Part shown: piece after piece, positions 51,911 to 64,000 of the stretch | Position numbering within the stretch: the stretch's first letter is position 1 | Layout of the letters: every line of letters starts with the position of its first letter | Source of the DNA: Octopus sinensis | Lineage: Eukaryota | DNA: 64,000 bases | Assembly (NCBI RefSeq): GCF_006345805.1 | Contig: NC_042998.1 | Location: 64,666,001 to 64,730,000 of the forward strand | Direction: 5' to 3' | The notes under the pieces: model-generated | What the model was told of the DNA's origin: nothing | The model's input: the letters and a program-made list of their open reading frames with translations, nothing else | Database searches by the model: none | Position numbers and translations under genes: made by a program

Positions 51911-52054
51911 TAACGGAATTTTTTAGTAATTTCTGTCGGCTTTCTTCGAGATGCGTGCTTATAGTGATTAATTATATGGTTATTGACGATGTGTCTGTTT
52001 TCGGCATATTTGGCACTACATTTTTTCTTTTGCCCTTGTTTCTAAGTTGTTTAT

Positions 52055-52104
<50 letters not shown>

Positions 52105-52126
52105 GTATGTGTGTGTGTGTTGTGTG

Positions 52127-52167
<41 letters not shown>

Positions 52168-52722
52168 TATATTAAATATATATTATATATACATATATGC
52201 AAGTATGTATAATTGTGTCTGTGAAGTGTGTGTGTGTATAGGAAAAATAGAATTTTCAAACGTTCTGAAATAGAATATTTCTTATTAGTATATTAAAAAA
52301 ACTGAACCGTTTTCACAGTTTACATTGATTTTCAAGAACTCCAAATAGAAAGACATGGCTTATATCGCAGCCATCATGCTTCTCACTAGTGTTTGAAGTT
52401 TGCCCTGTTTTTACAGTGAGTTCATAGTTCAAAATGACTAGACTTCAACATTTTTGTAGGTTCCCCGCTACGTCCGTATGTTACTATCAAGTGACTGTGT
52501 TTGGCGTCGTAAGTTATGGCTGACACCGTTGACTGAACAAATCGAAACAAATCCAAAATCTGAATCATTTTCTGCCAAGTGTATGTAGAAAGTGAACACA
52601 TGATTAAGTTTATAGGCTTGTGTACGTTTCTCGCTACGTCTGTTCGTTACTATCATGTGACAATATACTTTTCGCCTAAAAAGAAGGCTGACACTTTTGA
52701 GTTAACATGTTTAATTATATTT

Positions 52723-52808
<86 letters not shown>

Positions 52809-52844
52809 TGTGACACACTACATATATATATATATATATATATA

Positions 52845-52885
<41 letters not shown>

Positions 52886-52886
<1 letters not shown>

Positions 52887-53078
52887 TGTGACCGCGGTTT
52901 TTCTTCCGTATTCCTTTCCTAGGATCTTTCCTTTTTCTATATTTCTGACGAAGAGCTCCGCTCGAAACGTTAAATTCTCCTTCTTTCTTTCCTTTCCTCA
53001 GCGTCCTATAACACTATGCTTGTTCTATGTCCTCGCATTCTTGTGCTTTTTCTTTGTGTTTTCATGTTTGGATTAGCT
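52886..53078 (+). mobile_element. Short HHR-bearing pLTR-like element in (TA)n
   Basis: ATTT CTGACGA A GAGC-TCC-GCTC GAAAC GTT AAAT at 52941-52975; (TA)n flanks. Confidence 0.75.
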
Positions 53079-54127
53079 ATATATACAAATATAAATTATC
53101 ATATATATATATATATATATATATTTATGTGTGTGTATATTTTTGTATTTGTGTATGTCTATTTATACGAACATACAGAAGGCCTACGCAGATACCAGCG
53201 TGCTTGTCATCCTCTAGCATCAGACAATCAGTGTTGATTTGTTTACATCCACATTACCTAGTGGTTCGCGAAAAGGAGAAATTGTATAACGCCACAGTTT
53301 ACAAAATCTGCTTGACTAAAATCCTTCAAATTGATGCCCAAGAATCGCTGCAGCACTACCACTGAATCAAGTGAAATAATCCCAATCTTAGATCATACCG
53401 TGTAGTGTAGTTGTTTCAATAGACCCCGCTTCGGTATTGCGTGCGCAAAATAGAGTTTCATTTATTAAGCGTATCTGTTGATTCTACACACGGCTTTATA
53501 AGAGATTCTGATTACGAATATGTCTGAAACGCTGAGCTTGCTTCAAAATTACTATAATTATACACAATAAATTGGATATTAGCATTGATCGTTTCATCCC
53601 AATATCAGGAAATGCGTGGCGTATTATGATAATTGCTAATCAATTAAAATGCCCTCGCATTACGCTTCTCATAGTTAGAAATTAGGAAATCATCACAGAA
53701 CAAACAATGAACACTCCTATAAATATTTACAAGTGATTAAATGTACGTGTGCGCGTGCACATGTGTTCGTATTATACGTTCACGCATGGATGCGGGTATT
53801 TATGTATCTGTGTATATACATATAAATCTTTTCTCTTTTATATGTAGGATTTATTAAACTGCAGTTATGCTGGGGCACCGCCTTGAAGAATTTTAGTCAA
53901 ACGAATCGATCGCGACACTTAATTTTGTAAAACTAGTGCTCATTCTATCAACTTCTGTTACGAAACTGCTATGTTATGGGGACGTAAGAAAACGCACACC
54001 GGTTATCAATAGGTGGTGGTGACAAACACAGACACATACACATATGTACATGCATACATGCATACATACATAGAGACGCACAAACACAAACTCACACACA
54101 CATAAACATTAACAGACATACATAGGC

Positions 54128-54515
54128 TCAGGTGTCGCTGTGAAAGAAGTTTGCCTTCCAACGACATGGTCCCGGGCTCCGTCCCACTATATGGCAGCTT
54201 GGGCAAGTGATATCTACTCTTGCCTCGGGCCGACCAAGGAATTGTAAGTGGACTTAGTAGTCGGAAACTGAAACAAACCTGTTGTATGTATATATATATA
54301 TATATATATATATACATGTGCGCCTCTGTTTGTCCACCCACCATCATTTGACAACAGATGCTGGTGTGCTTGAGTGCCCGTAACTTAGCTGTTCGGCAAA
54401 ATAAAACAATAGAGAACGTACCAGGCTTACAGATATTAAATCCTGGTGTCGATTTATTCAAGTAAAGGCAGTGCTCAAGCAGGGCCGCAGTCAAATGTCT
54501 GAAACAATAAAAAAA
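54128..54515 (+). mobile_element. SINE family C, full length; an inverted tail fragment lies at about 53900-54060
   Basis: ACATGGTCCCGGGCTCCGTCCCAC...TTGGGCAAGTG...GGAAACTGAAACAAACC-(TA)n-...GGCAGTGCTCAAGCAGGGCCGCAGTCAAATG. Confidence 0.8.
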
Positions 54516-54561
54516 GAGTATATATATGTATATATATTAAAAAATACATATACATACATGC

Positions 54562-54636
<75 letters not shown>

Positions 54637-54648
54637 CAAATATATATC

Positions 54649-54679
<31 letters not shown>

Positions 54680-54681
54680 TA

Positions 54682-54958
54682 CGAGGTCTGGTCAATAAGT
54701 ATCCGGACTGTTGTCACAGTAACGAAGATAATGCACGCAAACTAGAGCTGCTTGGCATAGACGGACTCTGAACTCTGCTGCGCATGTGTCCTAAGTTTTA
54801 AAGTTCACTTCAGCTGCTTACAGCAGTGCTCGAAATGGAGGTACTATCATGTGATTATCGCATTGACTATGACAGAAAGTTGAGCTGAGAATCTGCATCA
54901 AATTTTGCCAAAAGTTTGGAGATACCTACTCAGAATTCTACGCAATAATTCCAAAAAA
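54682..54958 (+). mobile_element. Mariner 5' end (TIR and start of transposase)
   Basis: TA|CGAGGTCTGGTCAATAAGTATCCGGACTG terminus; decayed MTE..ELRICIKFCQKFGDT. Confidence 0.8.
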
Positions 54959-55305
54959 GTATCTTTCTCGACACAATCAAGGAAACTTGAAAACCAAGTA
55001 TCATTTTGGTCATTTGAAAGCTGTTTTGTCATAAACTTGGCATACCCAAATCTTCAGTGATAATTGATTGAATTAAACGGTAACTAATGTGCACATCCTC
55101 TGATAAACCAGGATAGTAATACGCCGATTTCCCATTAGAGCTGCCCGCACATCTGCAATGGTTTTCTCAGTGCTGCTGGTTACAGGTTTCCCAGAACTTC
55201 CATCAATATCGAAATTATTTCGGATATCTTTGAAAGTCTGAACCATTTGTACTTCTGTGTGTAGCTCATTCACTCCTCTCTATACACTGCCTGCAACTTT
55301 GTGCA
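54959..55305 (-). pseudogene. Mariner transposase fragment (HTH region), inverted
   Basis: LQAVYREE*MSYTQKYKWF..FKD...SGKPVTSSTEKTIADVRAALMGNRRIT...SEDVHISY..IQSIITEDLGM. Confidence 0.85.
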
Positions 55306-56502
55306 ACACATACACACACATACACACACATGTACCATGGGTTTCTTTTTGTCTACCACATCTAGCCACACGCTTTTAATTGACACAAGTCTATAGAAGG
55401 ACAAATTTACCAAAGTCTCAGATAGTGTGACTGAACAAGAGGAATATGGTTGGTAATAATACTACTTACCACACAACCACATCCGTGTCAGATACTACCG
55501 CAGTTGTTCAGGAGTTGAATTTACCATAGTAAGTGCCCACCCAAACTTTCTCAGTGAAATCTGGATTACTTTAACTGTGTACAAGGGCGTCGAATCTAAC
55601 GTTCAAGTATTCAAAGAGGTCAGTATTATGTATCAGGCTAATTCCAATTGGTAACAATATTCAGTGCGTTGTGTAACTGTAAAATATGCAGAAATTTCCC
55701 ACGCTACTTCAGTCAGTTATAATTTCAATTTAATGAACAACCAGAGGGTTCAATTTCAAAATATACAATTCTCATGCAATAAGCGCACACACATAAACAC
55801 ACACACACGCACACACATAAACACACACACACGCACACACGCACACACACAGACACATCCGCGCACACACGAACACAATACGTATACACATATATATGCA
55901 CACATATACGTATGTATATAAATCTTCATACATGCACATAGACACACACACAGACGCAAGCATCTCGCACTCACACATGCACATACATATGCATATATAT
56001 TTTTTGTTTATATACGTACATACACACGCCCTACGAAAAACACACACGCATATCTGTATATGTACATGTGCAGACATGCATTCATACACACACACACATA
56101 TATATAATACGAACATAAATGTACAAATAATTATATATATGCTTACATGTATATGAAAGGTGAGGATGGTAGATATTTAGTGAAGTTAAGCATGTACAAT
56201 CGAACACATTCTCACAAACATGAAAACAAGAGTACACATTTATATATGAGTGATTACGTATACAGTGTACTGATAGATATACAAGCGCACAAAATAAAGA
56301 AACAGAGCATAGTACACAAACGCAGCGGTATACTTGCATACACATTAACAAATAGACAAACAAGTTCGCAAGACAGTTATGCTTACACCTACGCCTGTTC
56401 TTACTTTACATCCACTATTTGTTCATACTCGCGCTGTTAACTCTTGTACTGTGAACCGTAAACACGTGACACGCCGTTTGCTTCGCACGCACGAGAGGTA
56501 CC

Positions 56503-56730
56503 TATTTCTTTATTACCCACAAGGGGCCGAACACAGAGTGGACAAACAAGGACAGACATAGGTATTAAGTCGATTACATCGACCCCAGTGCGTAACTGGT
56601 ACTTAATTTATCGACCCCGAAAGGATGCAAGGCAAAGTTGACCTCGGCGGAATTTGAACTCACAACGTAACGCAGAAGAAATACCGCGAAGCATTTCCCT
56701 CAGCGTGCTAACGCTTCAGCCAACTCGCCG
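56503..56730 (-). mobile_element. SINE family A, full length with target-site duplication
   Basis: (CG)CACGAGAGGTACC direct repeat at 56488-56502 and 56729-56743. Confidence 0.92.
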
Positions 56731-57499
56731 CACGAGAGGTACCATCTACTAGCTTGTTTATGGCACACCTATGTCATTTTTACTTTAATTTTTTATTTCA
56801 TTTATATTTCAAAATATATGGTGTTGATATTAATTTCAGTTTTATTAATTTCTGTCTATGTCAGCCTCTTTTTTTTTGTAACCTCCATAATAACATACTG
56901 CGGAAAGCCTGATGGCCGAAACCTCGAGTTCGCTCTCACAGCACTACATGTAAAAGTTCAAATTTAATAAATATGTATTTTAGTGATATGCAATGAATAC
57001 TTTTTCAGTTTAGCGTTAAATTTTAACAGACATACATGTACACACACAGGTACACACACAACCGATGGTGGTGTGTTTACGTCCCAGTAACATAGCGGTT
57101 CTGCAAAACAGACCGATAGAATAAATACCAGGCTTACAAAGAATAAGCCTGGGGTCGATTTGCTCGACCAAAGGCGGTGCTCCGGCATGACTGAAAAGAC
57201 TAAAAGAGATAAAAGAGATAAGAGCGATGGAATTAAAACATAATACGATCGACAAGCATTCATAAGGATGAATCTTCATTCACGTATCACATCTGATGAA
57301 ATATGTTTTGGTAAGCAATGATATGTATACATAAAAACTTGTTACCAGCTTCAATTGTCTTCGGGCATATTTTGTCTTGGTACATTTTATCATGGAGAAA
57401 ATTTCTTTGACAATTAAGTGTAAATACACTGAATCAGCTCACAGGGTCGCCCCTGATTAGATTGTGAAGTGCATGAATTTCGGAGTTATCTGTTCTTCA

Positions 57500-57703
57500 G
57501 TCACAGAAACCGGACAAGGAGGCGTTGCGAGCAGATAAGGTATCATATAATATTCCCGTCATCATTCATTGACCGGTTGTGCTATTTATTGACCGGTTGT
57601 GCTCTTTATTGGCTCAGTGTATATAAAGTACGTGTTAACAGCGCTAAGCAGTGCAGTGTATCAACACAAACACGTTACCAGTTCAAATAGCCTTCGAATC
57701 TGT
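57500..57703 (+). promoter_or_regulatory. Candidate TATA-box Pol II promoter with short non-coding first exon
   Basis: AGATAAG (GATA) at about 57531; tandem 20-bp ATTGACCGGTTGTGCT repeats 57568-57607; ATTGG at 57608; TATATAAAG at 57620; CAGT Inr-like at +30; AC-rich leader; GTAAGA donor at 57702. Confidence 0.35.
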
Positions 57704-58804
57704 AAGAAATCTATTCACAATTCTTAAGGTTAAGGGCGGATAAGAATTAATTCTCATCCGACCTTAATCTCCGAACAAAAACTGCCTGACTATTTAATCA
57801 TTATAGACGTGTTATAGTCATGTTACTTAGCTGTCTTTAATTTTGGGCGGCAGATTCAATAAGCCCACCGTAGGAGCAAGCTTAAATGTCCGCACGAAAC
57901 GCAGCTTTTAAGCCAGTAGAAAATATAACTACTTTTGCATTACATTCTGCAATATATTGTTTGCTTCATATTTATATCGATGATTGTAAACTGTCAAACT
58001 TCTCGCATATTTAAACTACACTTAATATATTCTAGAAAGTACTAGTCATGACTTGTCTATTCGGTGCGTTCATTTATATTCCTCGTTAGCTTATCTAAGC
58101 ATATTACGATATCTATGCATATTTTATGAATATTTGATTTGGCTTTAGATTGCAGTAGTATAGTAACACGTACACTTTCCAGTTTATTTAAACAAATGCT
58201 ACGTAACATAATTACCTGATTTATGCCACATTTATACGCCGTATAAATACAATATCTAATTAAGTTACGTAATACGATTAGAAAGAGGAGGCTACTGACC
58301 GAAGAAGTATATTAAGCATGAAGTTTAGTGTTCGCATGTTTAATACAGTGAGTATTGAAAATGCCATGTATAAGCAAGTATATAACGAGAAATAGAAAAT
58401 GCAGTAATATTAGTCAATGAATATTCTCGAATTAATACAGGCGGTACAAAATACATACGCTGAAGATCAGTGAAGGGTCGTCATTATCTAACAAACTGTG
58501 ATTGTATAGAAAAATTCGCTACATCATTGTCTAGTGTTGGATACATACTACTGTCCTGCACAATACAATTGATTAGATAATACGTGGTAGGATCCCGATA
58601 GTTGAATGCCAGACAATATTTAATTTGGATGTTAATTGTTAATACCCTTTTTATTAGATATTTAAATTTCGCTCAGTATTTTTACTTCATACATGGCAAC
58701 TCTGCGTTATGCGGTATCTAATCTATTATATATTAAGGATATTGAATGTGCCTTATAAGTTCACACTTAACACATGTATATCTGAATATGTGTGCATATG
58801 TCCG

Positions 58805-58920
58805 TATGTATGTATGTATGTATGTATGTATGTATGTATGTATGTATGTATGTATGTATGTATGTATGTATGTATGTATGTATGTATGGATGGATGGATC
58901 GATGGATCGATGGATGTGTG
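58805..58920. repeat. (TATG)n/(GATG)n microsatellite
   Basis: Direct reading; explains ORFs 58709-59038. Confidence 0.97.
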
Positions 58921-59149
58921 TGAGTGTATAGGCATTATTGTGCAAACAGGAAAAATAGAATTCAAAATAAGATTATGTTTATATTTTTATTTATATTTCG
59001 CAGACATGACAGCGATTCAAGGTCGAAGAGTTTCGTAGAATGACACAGTGCCCAAGCACGAAACGCTCGGAAAATCATTCACTCTGTTACTTCTGCTCTG
59101 TTATATATGAATGCGTGTCTCTGTGTTTGTGCGTCTACCTGTGTGTGCG

Positions 59150-59205
<56 letters not shown>

Positions 59206-59214
59206 ATGCACACA

Positions 59215-59277
<63 letters not shown>

Positions 59278-59349
59278 GTATACCTGTATCTTACTATGTA
59301 TCTCTCTATCTCTCTCTTTCTCTCTCCCTCTCTCCATCTCTCTCTCTCT

Positions 59350-59384
<35 letters not shown>

Positions 59385-59838
59385 ACCTGAGTGAAAATTT
59401 GATTGAATGACAACTTCGTGTGCAACGCTATTGAATATGTCAAATACATCGTAATTTAGAATTTTTAGTTGGATAAAATATTACAATTAAATACAGAAAA
59501 TATGAAGAACAAAACAGCATATAAAAATCATTTAAAATATTTCACCGAATGTCTGCACTGTATGACCAACCATTCTGTAACGAAATAACTGAACCGATCC
59601 TCGTTTCTTTTCTTACACTGACGTTGGTTGAAGGTTTTCCAAAAATTAATACGTCTGCCTATTATACGCCTAAAATGTATTCTATTCATATTCCAACGTC
59701 CTCAGCATTTTTCGATAGAAATGTCAATTATGTATATCGGAAAACAATATTTGCAATAATTTATTCAGTAGACTACTGCATGTATAATTTAATTTTTTAC
59801 GCGCCCGCAAAATGAATACGCAGACATGAATGTAGGTA

Positions 59839-59892
<54 letters not shown>

Positions 59893-61415
59893 GTGTGTGT
59901 GTGTGTCTGTGTGTATGTATGCATGTATATATGTATGTACACAGTAATATACACATATATACATCCACACAATGGTCCTTCTATTTGCGATTTGTGTATG
60001 TGTAATTGTCTGATCGCATGGGAATTATATTGGTATATTATGACTTCAACGGAGCATACTATTTTGCGTTAAAATATCATACCTCTACGTATAGATAAAC
60101 ATATACATATAGCTAATGTGAAAAACAAGATACAATATGATTTTCTCAGGGTGAAGTATTTGTCAGTGTGTGTAACATTGAAACATAACAATATGTATAG
60201 ATCGATACATATTCTTTCTTTCTATGCATTCTTTTAAAATAGTTTCATTCATTGTCGTCAAAAATTAAATTAATTTGAATACAATCGACCTCAGGTGCAT
60301 AATTAGATTGCTTTGTCTGCTTTTAGTTTTAGCATTTTATATATTTTTTTAAGAACATGATTTAAATATGGCCGAGAGAAAAATGGGGAAAAGCTATGTC
60401 GATGAATAATGGATTTTGAAATTTTCATTGCAAACTTGGAAGATTTAATTTTTCATTAGAATTCACTGAGGTCCGTCTTCAAATGTCACCAGAAGAGCTC
60501 ATTATGTTAGCACATGCATTGAATATTCAATGGGATGAATTCTGATTTCGTTGGGTTATAAACAGTTTTCATGCTACACAAAATGTATGCCACTGCACAA
60601 AAAAGGTTCATTGAAAAGCCATTAGATAACAGCCGATTATTACTGCTATCGCCATTAATATTACTACTATGTTTTTAAAATCACTTTACTACAACTGAAA
60701 ATTCAAATATAACTATAAATATATTTCTGTACATTTTGTTGCTGTTTTCTTTGTATATTAATATGACTGGTCTTGGTTTGTTCTCTTTATACTCTGATAA
60801 TAATAACTTAGAAGCATTAAGATAAATTCCATTTTCAGAATTTCACATATTTTGTTTTAGTCATATAATTAAAAAAATTGCCACTGACCATATTTTACAA
60901 TGAATATTTTCTTTGTTAAAACCGTGTCGTCATGTCGAAACCACTGTACTAAGCCACAATCAATACGCATTATACGACGATTCAGCATAAACATATTCAC
61001 TTCACATGTAAAGCGGCTTTCTGGAATGCTGATAGACTAGTTATATTTGCTACATTGCAGCTGTTATTCATAAATAACCAAATACAATTGTGTACTTTAA
61101 GAGAGAGCTTAATTGAAGAGAAAATCTGAACAAAATACTTTTAGATATTATGAAACGTCATCTGTAGCAAAGCATAATTAGGTAGAAAACTTTCATGAAG
61201 AGAAATAGCAGGCAAAAACAACAGACATAATCGTTTGTCATCACAATTGGTTATATTTTGATTTGAGGATGCATGATAAAAAGAAAATAGAGAAAAGGGG
61301 ACTTTGAGGTTTCTTTAATGATTTATAGTGGTTACAACACACACACACACACACACACACATATATTATATATATATATATATATCGGAAGGAGACTACG
61401 ACTGCAGTTCTAGAT

Positions 61416-61706
61416 ATTAAGAGTTATCGCCAAGCTAACATGGCAGTCCAGGAAAATAGGACGAATGCTGCAGTTGATTAGCCCCAGGAGGCCATCGCCT
61501 CTAGCTAGATATGTGATACACAAAGTTGAGTCCATTATAACCTTCAAACAGGGGAAGCTGCTGACCTCCCGTGTTCGAAGGTTGAATTGGACACAGGTTT
61601 TTGTGTCACATGGCTAGCTAGAGGTGATAGCCTCTTGGGGTTAATCAACGTCAGCATTCCTCCTATTTTCCTGGACTGCCATGTTAGCTTGGTGATAACT
61701 ATTAAT
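61416..61706. repeat. About 290-bp imperfect rod-like inverted repeat flanked by (TA)n
   Basis: About 105-bp arms (61416-61524 / 61598-61706) plus pairing interior (GTCCA/TGGAC, AACCTTC/GAAGGTT, CAGGG/CCGTG). Confidence 0.9.
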
Positions 61707-62050
61707 TGATATATATATATATATATATTATATATATAAGTCTGTTTTGAAAGGAGTATTTCTTTTTAAGGGATATATTATCCAAGAAGATACCAATTTT
61801 GCGCTATTATCGATATGGAGATTTGCAACATTTTCGATATAGGAGAAATAATAAAATGTTTAAAAATCAAGGAAAACAGATAATACATTCATAGAATAAT
61901 CATTTTAAATCATATTCCAATCAAATTAACAAATTCATTCATATTGCTTTCGAAATGTTTCCGCAAATTGCTATCCTTCTTATTTACACTTTAAAGTGCA
62001 TTATGAAGTTCCAAAACATTTAATTATATATATAATATATATATATATAT

Positions 62051-62215
62051 AACCAAATCAAATTGCGATAAAAATAAAAAATATTATAATCGCTGGTATT
62101 ACTAACACAAGCCAGATATTTTTCATATATCAGTACATTAGGGCGAAATATGTTGCTAGGAATACAGAAGCTTGATAAATTAAGTGAAATGAAGATAAAA
62201 ACATTTACTAAACCG
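62051..62215 (-). mobile_element. Dispersed partial copy of the 396-nt retrozyme-like monomer
   Basis: Reverse complement matches 50366-50528; (TA)n on both sides. Confidence 0.9.
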
Positions 62216-62439
62216 AATATATATATATATATATATATATAATATCTGATATATATATTTATATATATTATATATATATATATATATATCTACGATATAT
62301 ATATGTAATATATATATGTATATATATATATAGGTATATATATATATATGTCTGTATATATATATATATATGTATATCTATATAATGATACATATATATA
62401 TATATATATAATATATATATATAGTATAGATATATATAT

Positions 62440-62600
62440 AGGGAGAGTTTACAAAAAGAATAACGAAGACAGGTAGTGTACAAAAGAAACAGATGTCTTA
62501 GTATAACGCTCAGGAATAGAAAATCTTTTGCGTTTCAAGCCTACGCTCTTCTACAGAAAGGGACAGAGAAAAAACAAGGAGAGAAAAAAAAAAAAATATA
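62440..62600 (-). mobile_element. pLTR-like short element with HHR-like fold (CUGU-N-GA core); homolog at about 38655-38960
   Basis: Minus strand CTTT CTGTAGA A GAGC-GTAG-GCTT GAAAC GCA AAAG. Confidence 0.55.
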
Positions 62601-63499
62601 TATATATAAAATATATAATATATATATAATATATATATATATATATCTATATATGTAATGTAATTATGTATGTATGTATGTATGTATGTATGTATGTAGT
62701 GTAATGTATCTATGTATGGATACATGTATGTATGTATACAGAGAGAAATAGAGAAAGAGGGAGAGAAGGAAGGTGAGAAAGATGAGGAGAGGGCGCTAAT
62801 GAAGAGCAAAAGCGAAAATTCAAAACGAAGGGCGATAGAGGTCCAAAACACATTTGATGTTATTAGCAACAGGCTGAGGCTCAACGAAAGAAGTTAAACA
62901 TGTCAGTTGCTGAGAAGTAAAACGTTTCGTCCAGAGAATAAAGAGTCAGTCAAATGGAATTGAGATGGGGAAAAAAGGATAATACGTAGAAAAAGAAAAG
63001 TAATTAAAATTGTACGTGTGTAACTTATATATGCATATGCGTTTCTGTACCTCTCTACTGTGTGTGCGTATGTACACGATGACAGCATTGCATGTGTGCA
63101 CTTTTGTATGTGTATGTTTGGGATGGGGGTGTACGTGCATATTTATCAATAAAATATTTAGCTAAGCGCAGCAGGGCCAAGATATGGGCTGCAATAGTAA
63201 GAGAACAGGCGTTAACAACCGGGACTAGTTTATGTGAAAGAGGCTTAAGTGAGCGGAATTTCATAGACAGTAATAACCCTAACCGAATGGTTGCATTTTG
63301 ATGTGCACAGACGCACAAAATATGTTTCCATTAATTATTCAAGGTGAGTATAGGTTTTACATTCTGCTAGCCGTCATTTCATTACTATTTCCCGTGACAT
63401 AGCTGTCAGCATGTACACGTCTCTACCCAGACGCACATATGCATTCACACACAACACGCAGACACACACAACAAACACACACACGCTCGCACACACATA

Positions 63500-63738
63500 C
63501 CTATTTCCTTACTACTCACACGGGGCTAAACACAGAGAGGACAGGCAAACGGATTAAGTCGATTACATCGACCCCAGTGCGTAACTGGTACTTAATTTAT
63601 CGACCGCGAAAGGATGAAAAGCAAAGTCGACCTTGGTGGAATTTGACCTCAGAATGTAGCGGCAGACGAAATACCGTTAATCATTTCGCCCGGCGCGCTA
63701 ACGTTTCTGCCAGCTCGTCGGTAACGTTTCTGCCAGCT
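63500..63738 (-). mobile_element. SINE family A with duplicated head segment and TSD
   Basis: TAACGTTTCTGCCAGCTC occurs twice; ACACACATACC flanks both ends. Confidence 0.88.
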
Positions 63739-64000
63739 CACACACACATACCGCGATATATAAACCTCTACGCTGTAATATATGAACCCTCCACACTGCA
63801 AAGCAGGAACCTCCACTCTGCAATATATAACCCTCCACACTGATATATATGAAATTTTCTTTTTACTGTCATCTCTTACTTGTTCTTTACTGCCTTATTT
63901 ATGCTACAAGTTTACTAAGTATCTCCTCCACATATTAAATTTTACGCTCTACAATATGTGTAAAAATATAAAACTACATTATGCATACGAGATCTGTACG

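Noticed and set aside
56895-56935. CTGCGGA-AAGCC-TGAT-GGCC-GAAAC motif (a similar GTGC-CCAA-GCAC-GAAAC lies at about 59050)
   Set aside because: Core and stems I/III are incomplete; single copies give no covariation support
63770-63850. Three AACC(C)TCCAC(A/T)CTG repeats, superficially CRISPR-like
   Set aside because: Short, irregular spacing, eukaryotic context and no cas genes; a small minisatellite

Overview
AT-rich, microsatellite-saturated animal genomic DNA. It is most likely a coleoid cephalopod (Octopus-like); this is inferred from the recalled SINE families, not from a search. I find no host protein-coding gene. Nearly all short ORFs in the track are simple-repeat artefacts or transposon remnants. 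The window is a stack of retroelements: three Neptune-like Penelope-like element (PLE) bodies plus an inverted pseudo-LTR pair, CR1/L2-group LINEs (one with a 465-codon open RT frame), Tx1/L1, Hero- and R4/Dong-type fragments, three tRNA-derived SINE families, mariner fragments, MITEs and a Helitron-like element. The unexpected layer is RNA structure: about 13 type I hammerhead ribozyme (HHR) motifs in about 7 sequence families. These include (i) a 396-nt tandem retrozyme-like unit with a dispersed copy (50245-50925, 62051-62215), (ii) a tRNA-headed, hammerhead-tailed SINE inserted as one unit into a PLE ORF (45785-46364), and (iii) two families with a compensatory U3-A8 catalytic core. Several long palindromes, a telomere-repeat cassette and a candidate TATA promoter are also present. 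All folds and translations were read by eye and need computational confirmation.
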